A stretch of DNA of 64,000 nucleotides from Podarcis muralis (Eukaryota). Position 1 is the first letter of the stretch; each line of letters begins with the position of its first letter. The stretch is taken from the NCBI RefSeq assembly GCF_964188315.1, contig NC_135657.1, positions 64,976,001 to 65,040,000 of the forward strand, written 5' to 3'. The position numbers were made by a program, and so were the translations under genes. Below are positions 1-10,787 of the stretch, in pieces. The notes below the pieces were generated by a model, which saw only the letters and a list, made by a program, of their open reading frames with translations, did no database searches and had not been told where the DNA came from.

Positions 1-681
1 GCATAATTTTTGGCCACAACTTTATTTAAATACAGAAAATGTGAGTGGTTGCTTAGGCATTGGTTATGACTATCTGTCCTTGCCCCCCAAGGACAGAGCT
101 GGCACTTCCGGGCACCACCGGAAGCCAGCGTGGGAAACAAGTATTGGGGAGAAATGAGGCTGGGAAATTGCAGTCCAACACCTCTCACCCTCATGTTCCG
201 GTGGGGCTTGCACGGCCCAAGCCCGGCTCCACAGACAAGGACGAAAGAATAGCAAGCCCCTGGATTCCTTTAACGGAATTCCCATTCGCATCATTTGGAG
301 GGATAGGCACCTTACCCCTCCAAGCACCAATTTAACCAATGCCTAACCGCCAACCTTACAAGTTGTGACCATTTGCTACGTAGTAGGCAAAAACCAAATG
401 GCAACAGCCAATCAACCAAATGGCAAAATTCCTACCAGGCCCCCGCTCAAAGGCGAACGACCCCATGACAGGCATAGCAAGGTCAAATGAACCCAAGAAC
501 CACCCTATAAAAGGGAGGGGGGCGGGTGATCCGATGCAAAACGGCCAAGAGGAAGTCCCCTAGTCTAGCTCCTCAATTTATAGACTCTAACCCATCCTCC
601 AATTTTGCAACACCCAAAATTCCCCAGCAACCCATTTAACCCTTTTCCGGCTTGGGTTCCCAAATTTGCCTAGTCATGATA
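1..681 (-). mobile_element. LTR-like element, truncated by the window edge, related to 5067-5873
   Basis: Minus strand begins TATCATGAC (cf. TGTYATGAC) and has a TATAAA-like box and AATAAA (26-21). Shares blocks with 5067-5873: GGTAGGAATTT, GTCACAACTT, AGGCATTGGT, CCGTTAAAGGA, CCAATGCCTAAGC, AATAAAGTTGTGGCC. Confidence 0.65.
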
Positions 682-2603
682 GTGGCCTGCTCCCCAACCG
701 CAACACGTGCTCTCTGCTAGTGAGAACACGCTCTCTCAATCACAACCCATAAGACTTGTCTATAAACTCCCCAACAAAAGCCATAACTCAGATGACAAAG
801 CATTTGGCATGGGCTATATCTCTCTGGCCTCACATATCATGAACACTTAGAGCACACAAAGAAGAATTCTGGCAATGGAATCCATAGAGAAAGGGCACTT
901 TACATACAAAGGGAGCACTTGGCACAAACAGCTAGACCTCTCATGACACGCAAATAGATGGCTGCCACTACTATTTGGCAAAGGGAAAGTGATAAATGAT
1001 TAGGCCAGCTATCTAGTGTGGCTAGTCTACCAGGCAAAATGGCAGGGGAGGGTTGATCACAATGGTTGCCAAAAGGGCTGGTTGGTCTATACATGAATTA
1101 GGCTACCGTCTCACATAGCACACCTTGATTAGCACAGAAACGACTCTCTCTCTGGGACACTGTGTGTTGGGAACTCTCTTCCAGGAGGTGATCCTCTCCC
1201 AGATTAAACCAGAAACCTCCTGCATGTAACATCTGAGCTGTTCCACAGAGCTAGGCCTCCTTCTGCAGCCATGGTCATCCTGGTTTATGTATTGGTCATA
1301 TTGCAGCTGAGACATTTCTCCATGAATGTCATATTACGTATCTGCCTTCAGTTGACTGCTGTGGCTGAAGAAGTTGGGTGCTTCTTTGTGGAGTTTGTGG
1401 TGTGACCCAAAGTCCTGGCAGCTTCCTATTGTTTATCTCTGACATGATTGCTGCTGGCTAGAAATGCCAAAGCTGAGTGGGACTTCTTGGCATTCCCTAT
1501 GGTGGGCCTTGAAATCCAACCTGTTTGCATGCCCCATGCCCTATGCACTGAGTTTTGGGGAAGCTATCCCACAGGGGGTATGTTTGTGGCTTTCTTTGCT
1601 GCACGCCCCAGTTTTCTGCCTGGCAAAAAGCTCCTTTCTCCCCACTTTCCACAGAAAGACTTCTGAACTCTTTCGGCAGGCCTCCATCCAAAACATCTAC
1701 TGTATAGGGAGGCTGTGTCCTATACAACTTTGTTTCCTTTGTGGTATGCAGTCGAAAAGCTTCAAATGTGGGTGGTGTGACTCAAACCCCTTCCTGCGAG
1801 GCTTTTATGGTCCTGCTGTTGACTCAGCAGTGAGAGCTTGTGGAGTGCAGGAGTGGGGATGTTGCTGTGGCATCATGGAGGGGGGAGGCTGGCAAGCTTT
1901 CCCTGTGACTGAATGCATTGTTTCCATCTACAGTATATCTGGCCATCATGAAGGCAATGCCATAATGTTGTCACATTCACTCCATGACACTGCCGCAACA
2001 TCCCTGCGCCAGTCAATATTGGGGGGGGGGGGGTTGTAAGCAGTGCTCCTATGCACATAGTGGTTGTCACTGTTGTTCCATTCTGTTCTTTGGGGAGTTG
2101 TGTGTTTTCTTCCTCCTGTTCTGGATCAGGAAAGGATATGGCAGGCACTGTCCTGCTGCTGCAGCGGCTTATATCCTCCCTGTACCCCACGCCATCCGGC
2201 ATAATTGGACCATACTTGGAGTAACGGCTTGCTTGGTTAGTCATCGTATTCAGCTACTCACAACTTGTAAACACTGTAGCTAATATTGCATTCAGAATAT
2301 CTAGCTATTCTCTAGTCTTCCTCTGCCAGACTGTTTAAACAGTGACTTAACTCCAAGTGTCACAACTGAGGAATGGCATAATGGCATAAATGACTCTTAC
2401 AGCTTCCGGATAATACCTTGTTTAAACAAACCTTGTTTAAAGGAATGAAAATCATGAGTCAACATTCCCAACATGCCAAGTTTTAGGATTTTCTCAAACC
2501 AAAGTACTATTAAGCCCCAACAAAAATTCTGACGAAATCACGCCTTTATAAGGAATTGGTATTCATCAGTTCAAAAATATGAAAGAATAATGATCGCAAG
2601 TAC

Positions 2604-2801
2604 CTGTTTGTCCTGTCTGGCATCTCGTTTTCGGTACAATACATTTTTTTGTCTCAGTTGTATGTGGGCATGGTTTGCCCTTTGTAGTAGGAAGTTGTAA
2701 GATTTCTCTTTTCCTCGTTTCATTCCCCCTTTTGAAACCGCACGTTTTCCCTCTCTTCATGCATGGACTCCATGGGCTCCATTCACTAACTTTACAATGC
2801 A
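2604..2801 (-). CDS. RSPO3: R-spondin 3 coding exon 4 (TSP1, 198 nt); terminal exon 5 lies outside the window
   Basis: TTGCAG acceptor. Encodes (V)HCKVSEWSPWSPCMKRGKTCGFKRGNETRKREILQLPTTKGKPCPHTTETKKCIVPKTRCQTGQT. Donor AG|GTACTT. No Lys/Arg-rich terminal exon seen in 1-2600. Confidence 0.94.
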
Positions 2802-2876
2802 CTGCAACAAAAATATGACATAAATTAAGTATGGCCTCTATAAATTTAAAGTGGAGACGCTATATGTAGTTTTTTG

Positions 2877-2877
<1 letters not shown>

Positions 2878-2910
<33 letters not shown>
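2878..2910. repeat. (AC)n microsatellite
   Basis: Direct reading. Confidence 0.95.
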
Positions 2911-2912
<2 letters not shown>

Positions 2913-3257
2913 TTAATAAAAAAAATAATTTAAAGAAAGCAAGTAAGTATGGCCAAATAGCCCCAAATTTATGCAGAACTTACACAATATATTCTTTTCA
3001 CACCTTGCACATCACATATTTAATCTACATGTGCGTCAGAGGTCTAGAGAAAATTAATCTTTATGATCTTGAATGTATGTTTTCTCAAAGGCTTGTTTCA
3101 TATGAGGTGCTTGCTCAAATCAGAGTGTAAAAGCTAAGGGCAATTTCATGGAGTAGCACTGCCAACTTTTTCACTTTCGTCTGTTTCTGTGCCATTAGCA
3201 GCATTCTGATCCACAAACATTAGTAAGTGGTAATGTTTGTCTCCATGCTGCAGAAAG

Positions 3258-3480
3258 CTTAACATAAGGATAGCCTTGCTAGATCAGGCTAAAGGCCCAT
3301 CCGCCCCAGTATGCTATTCTCACAGTGGCCATCCAGAAGCCCATGAGAAACCCACAAGCAGATCCTGAGTGCGACAGCTCTCTCCCCACCTGTGATTCTC
3401 AGCAACTAGTATTCAGAGGCTTGCACAGTGGAGGTAGAACATAGGCATTGTGGGTAGTAGCCATTGTGACTAGTAGTTCA
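3258..3480 (-). mobile_element. CR1-type 3' end relic
   Basis: AACATAAG..GCCTTGCTAGATCAGGC..GGCCCATC..TTCTCACAGTGGCC signature, shared with 41484 and 58528. Confidence 0.6.
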
Positions 3481-5066
3481 TTGGTTGATGCAAGATCATC
3501 TGTTTGGGCCAGTTGGAAACCATCACCTAGCATGACACTGGGTTTACAGTGCTGTTAAGTGAGACAACTTGAACAGCTTAGCAAATAGTTAGCTGCCAAA
3601 CAAGTATTGTATCATTCAAGTATTTCAGATAAATGTAAGATGCAAGATTCAGCAACAGAGGTCCTACTACTAATGGTAACTTTATAGTGATGGCTTTAGC
3701 ACATCAGTGTGATTAGACATAACTTGATATGTTCTGTACTTTTTGAGACATATTAACATGGGCTTTCGGAGGTGTGATTCTGTTAATTTGGTGAGAGTCA
3801 CACCTGCTCGCAGCAGAAAGCTTGAATCAATATGCTAAGCATGTAATCTAGTACACACAACTCCTAAGAAGAAAAAGCTTGAACTAAACGAATAGGCTTT
3901 CCTTGGAAAGTAGCACTGGCTGAATTGATTCCTATGTACAGATTTAGGCATTGGTCAAATAAACATGGTTCTTGCAGAATGAGGCCATTGAATGGATCCA
4001 AGTTGTGACCAGTCATCTCTGACTAAACACTTGCAATGCCTTATAGAGGATGTAGACATAAGTTCATGTGTCAAAATATAAATGCACACATAAAAAATAG
4101 ATACACTTGAACTGTATGGAAGCACCGGGAGCATCCAGAGCAAAGGGGAAGAGAATGAACAGCAACCCTGTCTCTGTTGCTGCTTTTAAGAACTGCACCA
4201 GGAAATAATACACAGTGGGGCATGTGAGACAGATCATCTACTACAGGGTCTAAGAAATCTGATTGCCACTTCCTGCACTTGGCACTTTTGAGGAACTGGT
4301 TGCTGGTTGTAATAATAAACTGCGCCAGAAAGTTTTGTCATACCTGACTCTGGTTTCTGTATTTTAACACAGGGGTGAGGAACATGTAGCACCCTCCCCC
4401 AGATGTTGCTCATTTCCCATAATGCCAGACCACTGGCCATGCTGGCTGAGGCTGAAGGAAGTTGGGAGTTCAACAACATTCGTATTGAATTGTTATAAGT
4501 GGGTGTGATCTTCTATATTCTGCTTTTTTTTCCAGCTTGTAAACCACATTGTGTATAGAAAGGTGGTATGCAAATTAAAAGTGAAATGAAATTAAAGCAT
4601 CTGATGGGCCACTGGTCCCCCCCACACACATAAATATACATATACATCATATACATATTCATAGGCATATACATATTAGATAGTGAGTTTAAAATGGCAC
4701 AACTGTTAGAATTAAAAAAAATGAATTATTTATTTGGGTTGTGGTATTATGTTTTGAAATGAATTGGTATTTTAGGATTTAATTCAAATGATGCAGCCCA
4801 GCTGCTCATGGTGGCAGTAGCAGAAAATCTAGGGAGGGGGCAGAACAACCAGGCTTCACCCCATTGTGAGTTCCAAGCTGGCACAGTGATCTTGATGAAA
4901 TCTGATGTTGGTGATCAATGTCTGTAAGACTGGCTTGGGATCCAGTGCATCCCATCCCACCATGCTTTTGAAACACTCAGTTTACTGTATTTCAACTAGG
5001 ATCCGCTAGCAGGAATACTACCATACACCAGCAGGCCTCCACCATACTCATACAACCACAGAAAAA

Positions 5067-5873
5067 GTTATGACAAAGCCACTTCCGGCCTGCCCAGGAG
5101 GTGGGGTTGCGGGCTTCACGCCCACCCCACATGAGCGGGGGCTGGTCCCAGCCCCCGCGAGAGCAGGGGAATCCCGGTTGGGTCTGCCCCCCCCCCAGCC
5201 AGCCAATCAGCTGGCTGGCTGGGGGGCGTGGCCTGCCCTATTTAGGGCCGGCACAGAGGGGGCTTGCCCTCTTTTCGCCGGCTCATCCCCACGTTTTCCC
5301 ACCCTCCCTCCCTTTAGCTGGGCTTAGGTAGGTCATTGACTTTGCTATGGACTTTGGTCTGTCGCCGCAAGGGGCATGGTAGGAATTTTTCCCAATTGGC
5401 GATTTCTGGCCTTTTGGTTTTTCGCCTACCTCGTAGCAACTCGTCACAACTTCTCTGCATTGGCGGTAGGCATTGGTAAGAAGGGGTTAAGAGGATGTGT
5501 GGGGGGGGGAGGAACGCCATCACCTCCCCCCAGCGACCGAAGGGTGGTCCGTTAAAGGACTCCGGGGGGCGTGGCCCTGTCCGAAGCCTATGGAGGTGAG
5601 GGCCAAAGGCACGCCCCAGAGCGGTGACCCGGGGGAGCTCCTAGTCGACGTGCCTCGGCAGGAGACTCCCCCGATATAAGGTTAACCCTTCCCCGTGTCT
5701 CCAGCAAATGGGCTGGAGCCGGATAGTCGTTAGGACCAATGCCTAAGCCAATGCCTCTCATTCCTGAATTCAATAAAGTTGTGGCCTAATTCGCCCAATT
5801 AACCTTAAATTATGGTGTCTCGTGTCTTTATTTATCCTGGGGGGGCGGGAACTCGCCACGCAACCATCATAAC
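5067..5873 (+). mobile_element. Putative solo LTR (~800 bp) in RSPO3 intron 3
   Basis: Terminal inverted repeat GTTATGA...TCATAAC, GC-rich 5' part, AATAAA at ~5772; homologous to 1-681. No convincing TSD. Confidence 0.65.
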
Positions 5874-6080
5874 AAGTAAGTCCACAGAACACCCCCCAAA
5901 AAAAATCTTTCAAATGTCTACAAAGGTGGGAAACCCCTTTTCTGAAGTACCAACATTTTATTTGTGAATATTTCCCCGTTGCAAGATTTAAACTGCATGT
6001 CTAAGCAAAAACCAACAGAGACTATATTCCACAAATGGAAATGATGTACTGGGTACAGCTTTTTGGGACAGCTTACTCAC

Positions 6081-6227
6081 CAATATTGTTGCACTCCATA
6101 GTGTGGTTGTTGGTTTCCAGCCAGTCAGGGCAGTTTCCAAGGCACTTTCCAAGGTGTAAGTAAAACCCATTTCTACACTTTGTGCAGAAATTTCTATTGA
6201 AGCAGGTTTCACAGTCAGCTTTACATT
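6081..6227 (-). CDS. RSPO3: R-spondin 3 coding exon 3 (FU2, 147 nt)
   Basis: CTTCAG acceptor. Encodes (K)CKADCETCFNRNFCTKCRNGFYLHLGKCLGNCPDWLETNNHTMECNNI. Donor G|GTGAGT. Both LGR-binding Phe residues and the NHT sequon are retained. Not in the ORF track because the frame has no start codon. Confidence 0.96.
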
Positions 6228-7219
6228 CTGAAGGGCGAGAAATAAGCAATTACTATCTTCCATGTATACCATGATCTACTTAAGTTAGTGTGATGCCATA
6301 TGCAAGACAGAGTTTGTATCTGTTAGGGATCAGCAACTGAAGATGCTTGGGTCAACCCCATTGCAAGAAGAATCTGGCTGGAAGGACTGACAGTTATAGC
6401 ACTAGGCTGGCCCATGATCTATCTGCTTCTCAATGTGGCTAGCTATAAAGCTTAGTGCATCCAGACAGAATCATTTTGAGTGGTTAAGCCTCTGTGGAAG
6501 CACACTCATCACACTATGTCCCAATGTATAATTTTCTGTCCAGGATCAAGGTTCAAGGAAACAGGTTCTGTCACTTTGCAACATCACAAAACCCATTACC
6601 CACATACTACCATAGTAGTTTTACATCTCTTTTAAAATGAGGCTTGCCTTAGATAAAAAACTTTTATCATTCCTACCATAATTATTAATAACAACACAAC
6701 AAACATTTAAATATTATGCTACTTTATTTTATTTTACTTTTTAAATAGCAAGACAACCAGCCAACAGATTGTACCCTAGGAGAGACCAATATTTAGCATT
6801 TTATTTTCACTGTGCATAGCCACTGCTTTCTCTCCCTTAGCCAAACTCGAATAAATTGGATTCCTAGGCTGTATCAGTTTCTTCTAACATCGAGGGTTAT
6901 GCTTAGTTACATTACTAACTTTAAGTGAAAAGTTGATAAGGAGAGGTGAAGGACTGGAGCTCCCTGGTGGAGACTGGGAATTTGGCTGGCCATCACTCTA
7001 CTCCCAAGTAAATGGATGGTAAGTCACTGAGAGCCTCACTGCCCCCCCCCCCCAGGTTTGACAGAGAAGCAGGTGGTGTCAAGAAGAGAGCAACACAACA
7101 AAGGGGCCCATTGCCAGTGGACTATCTGATGGGGTAGCGTTGGAATAGTGGCTCATATCTATGACAAGGGTTCACAAGAAAGCATAAAAAGAGTAGCTGC
7201 AACTTTTCCTTCAACTTAC

Positions 7220-7408
7220 TTTTACACTCATTTCTTTCTGGGTACCGTTGTCCATAATATCCATTGGGGCAGGATGAAAAACACATCCCTATCTCTCTAA
7301 TTTGACTCCTCATCAGGAAAAAAAAGAGTCGAGGTTTACATGTTAAGCATCCATTGAACTGGGAACATGTTGCACATCCTTGGCAATCTTGGCTCATATC
7401 GAGATTCA
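7220..7408 (-). CDS. RSPO3: R-spondin 3 coding exon 2 (FU1, 189 nt)
   Basis: Pyrimidine tract + TTAG acceptor (7410-7409). Encodes (M)NLDMSQDCQGCATCSQFNGCLTCKPRLFFFLMRSQIREIGMCFSSCPNGYYGQRYPERNECK. Donor A|GTAAGT. All FU1 cysteines present. Confidence 0.96.
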
Positions 7409-8650
7409 CTAAGAAGAAAAGTAACACAAACAAACAAAGGGGAGTTAGCTAGATAACATCTCTGTAATCCATAAATCTTCTGCTGAAACCGCATTAGGGG
7501 TTTTTTATGGTTTTGGGTTTTTGCAGCTTGGAACCCCACATTTCACAAGGGGCATTATTTCTTTACTATGATTAATAGTATCACTCTCATGCAAAATAAA
7601 GCTCTGCAATCCTTATGAAAAGAGAGAAAAATAACAAAATATACCAGTGGCCTGAACATATATATGTTTACTTGGAATAATACGTTGTGCGCAATGGGGC
7701 TTACTTTCAAGGAAGTGTCTGTAGGATTGCAGCCTCAAGAACATGTGCATGTTATTCATAAGTCTTACTAAATTATATTCCTTCCAATAAATTAACTAGA
7801 CCTTACTCCCAAGTAAGTAGATTGAGGACTGGATCATTCTGTGATATTATGGCAAGTGGACAAAGCTGTATTGTAACTTTTGAATAAATATTTAAATTTT
7901 AAAAAGAGAGACTAATACAGCCTTAATCTTTATCCACTGACCCAGTAAGTTTGCCCCCCCCCCAAAAAAACCTGTGCTCTAGGGAATTCTGTGTTTTGCA
8001 AAACCTTACTACTGAGAGGAACAATAATAGTAGATTATTATACTACTATTAAAACTATCAGTGTTACCTATTGCTTTCCTATATCTCATACTGTGGGGAT
8101 GTTCAGATTGCAGTCTTACTTCATTTGAGGCAATGGTGAAGCCCAAAAGGCCTATCCAATGCCTTATGTAAACTGAACATGTGACCTAGAACATGCATGT
8201 CCTCAGACATGAGGAAGAGTTCCTTGGCAGAGGAGTCATTCTGAAAAGCAAAAATAGTCACAGTATAGAAAAAGTAGCTTCATTTGCATTGGCAACAGAG
8301 AAACCAAAGCAATATTATGCAGATGTGAATGTTGTATGTTGTTTTAAGAATATTTTAATTTTAAATTTAATTGTTTTGTAATTTGTTGGGTTTTGGCTTA
8401 CTTATTTCATTGTTTGGTTCACCTGGTCTTTGCAGTCTTGCTTTTGTTATTGCCTATGTACTAAAAACAAACCTTGAACTAAGTTTGCAATCAGCTCTAA
8501 AACAATACTTGGTTCAACCAATCCAAGAAGAACATCACAAGCCATGAAAAAAGAAAAATCAATAAGAATAACCTGTTGTCTTCTCCACATTGCATATGTA
8601 TGCATAATCATCACCAATGAGACCTAAAAATGAGAAGGTTCAAATACGTA

Positions 8651-9070
8651 TACAGTGGTGCCCCGCAAGACGAAATTAATTCGTTCCGCAATTTTTGTCG
8701 TCTAGCGAATTTTTCGTCTTGCGAAGCACGAAATCCCATAGGAATGCATTGAAAATCAATTAATGCGTTCCTATGGTCAAAAAAAGTCCAAACAAAGCCA
8801 AATTTGGTACAACAACAGTTTATTAACTGCTCTTTAAAGTCACACATACTGTAAAGAGCAGTTCAAAAATTGAAGGGAAAATAAATTAACTTTATAAACA
8901 AAACATGTCTTTGTTTTTAGACAAAGAAAACAAAGTCGCGAGACGTTTTCGTCTTGCGAAGCAAGCCCATAGGGGAAATTCGTCTTGCGAGGCAAATCGA
9001 AAACGGAAAAACCTTTCGTCTAGCGAGTTTTTTGTCTTGCGAGGCATTCGTCTTGCGAGGTACCACTGTA
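8651..9070. mobile_element. Tc1/mariner (pogo/Tigger-like) MITE
   Basis: TA flanks; TIRs CAGTGGTGCCCCGCAAGACGAA / TTCGTCTTGCGAGGTACCACTG. Confidence 0.85.
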
Positions 9071-9232
9071 CTTTCTTCACTGTCCTTCTGAGCCTAAACA
9101 ATTCTGAAGACTATATCACTGAAACTAAACTTACAAACGTTGCTGTTTAATATTGAAAACAGCATTTTTGAAAAGCAATTTGTTCAGCTTCCAAGATATT
9201 GGTCCACTTCAGCAATATACTATTTCAATGCA

Positions 9233-9418
9233 CAGTCATACCTCGGGTTAAATATGCTTCGGGTTGCGCTCCATGGTGACCTGGAACGGGTTTCGCCGTT
9301 CATGCATGCGCAGACGGTGAAAATGATGTCACACACACGTGCGGAAGCAGCGAATTGCGACCCACAGACGCGGGTTGCAATCCGGAATGGATCCCGTTCG
9401 TATCCAGAGGTACCACAG
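9233..9418. mobile_element. Tc1/mariner-type MITE, related to 25193-25445
   Basis: Ends CAGTCATACCTCGGGTT / GAGGTACCACAG; CpG-rich interior similar to the 25.2-kb copy. Confidence 0.7.
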
Positions 9419-10476
9419 CATGGCATACAGTTTTCCAGTGGTTGACAATATACTTATTGGTCTGTAATTTACTGGGTGCAATTTGGAGCCATTTAAACAA
9501 ACTGGCACCACCACTGCTTTGAACCCACTAAGAGGGACATGGCCAGATTTAGCATTGTGGGTAAATAGCCTGGTGAGAATTGTGACACACCAATCAGCAT
9601 AAGAGTAGAGTAATTCAAATGGAATAAAAACTAAACTGGAGGTATTCCAGGTTTAACTTGTGCTATAAAATTAAATATATCTGATTCTAATACAGGTTCC
9701 CAGTCTTGCAAAGATGTGACCATTTTGGATTTCCCAATACAAGTAAGTGTGATTTCCAACAATCTGTTTTCTCCAGATCGTGATCCAAGGGTTGGGTCAG
9801 GTTCAGATTGTTCCAGGTTAGGTCAGGCTGGTCTGAACCACCAAATCAGGCGCTAAATCAGATGTGGCTTTGGGGCAGGTGTATACAGTCCGAGTACGAA
9901 ATGTTAAAGACCAAATAATATATCAGGCAAAATGTGTCTGTTCTTCAGTAACAGGTCAAACACCTAAACCTGCACTATGTTTACTGGGAGCTTGAATTTG
10001 CTGGGAGCTTGAATTTGCTGAGAAATGTTCCAAGAGAAAATCTACCAGAGAAGTATGCAAAACTTATTCAGGCACTAACAGAAATTTCTAGAAATAATTA
10101 CCATTATTACTGGCAAAGGCAACTTACTTTTCACTCTCAATCCAATCTGACCCTGTTCTACTCAGACAAGAGGTCTATAAAATCTGATACTTCTTATAAT
10201 TGAAGACTGCAGACTGTATGATTACCTTTCTTTCATGCAAGAAAAAAGAGCCTACAAAATAAAGGGACTATGGAATAAAATAATGAATTCACTACAGTGA
10301 GGACTGTGGAAGTTATTAACTTCTATGGGCTAGGCTCAGACAATCTGACCAGCCATGCATTGTGGAGGAACAAAATATTAATTGCACATTTTGTCCCTAT
10401 TAACATTGGTGGTTTTTCCCTACACGTACCTACTATTCAAATGTGAGATCCATTTGTGCACATGCACCCAAAGGCA

Positions 10477-10787
10477 AGAAGATCAAATGCATCCATTCTT
10501 AAGGAAATCAGCCCTGAGTGCTCACTGGAAGGACAGATCGTGAAGCTGAGGCTCCAGTACTTTGGCCACCTCATGAGAAGAGAAGACTCCCTGGAGAAGA
10601 CACTGATGCTGGGAAAGATTCAGGGCACAAGAAGGGGACGACAGAGGATGAGATGGTTGGAAAGTGTTCTCGAAGCTACAAACATGAGTGACCAAACTGC
10701 GGGAGGCAGTGGAAGACAGGAGTGCCTGGCGTGCTCTGGTCCATGGGGTCACGAAGAGTCGGACACGACTAAACGACTAAACAACAA
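10477..10787 (+). mobile_element. BovB (RTE) LINE, 5'-truncated
   Basis: Translates to BovB RT C-terminus (SILKEISPECSLEGQIVKLRLQYFGHLMRREDSLEKTLMLGK); (CAA)n tail; 12-bp TSD CACCCAAAGGCA at 10465-10476 and 10788-10799. Confidence 0.93.

Noticed and set aside
9984-10020. 17-bp direct repeat CTGGGAGCTTGAATTTG x2
   Set aside because: Simple slippage duplication without spacers; no CRISPR-like array here or elsewhere in this vertebrate window.
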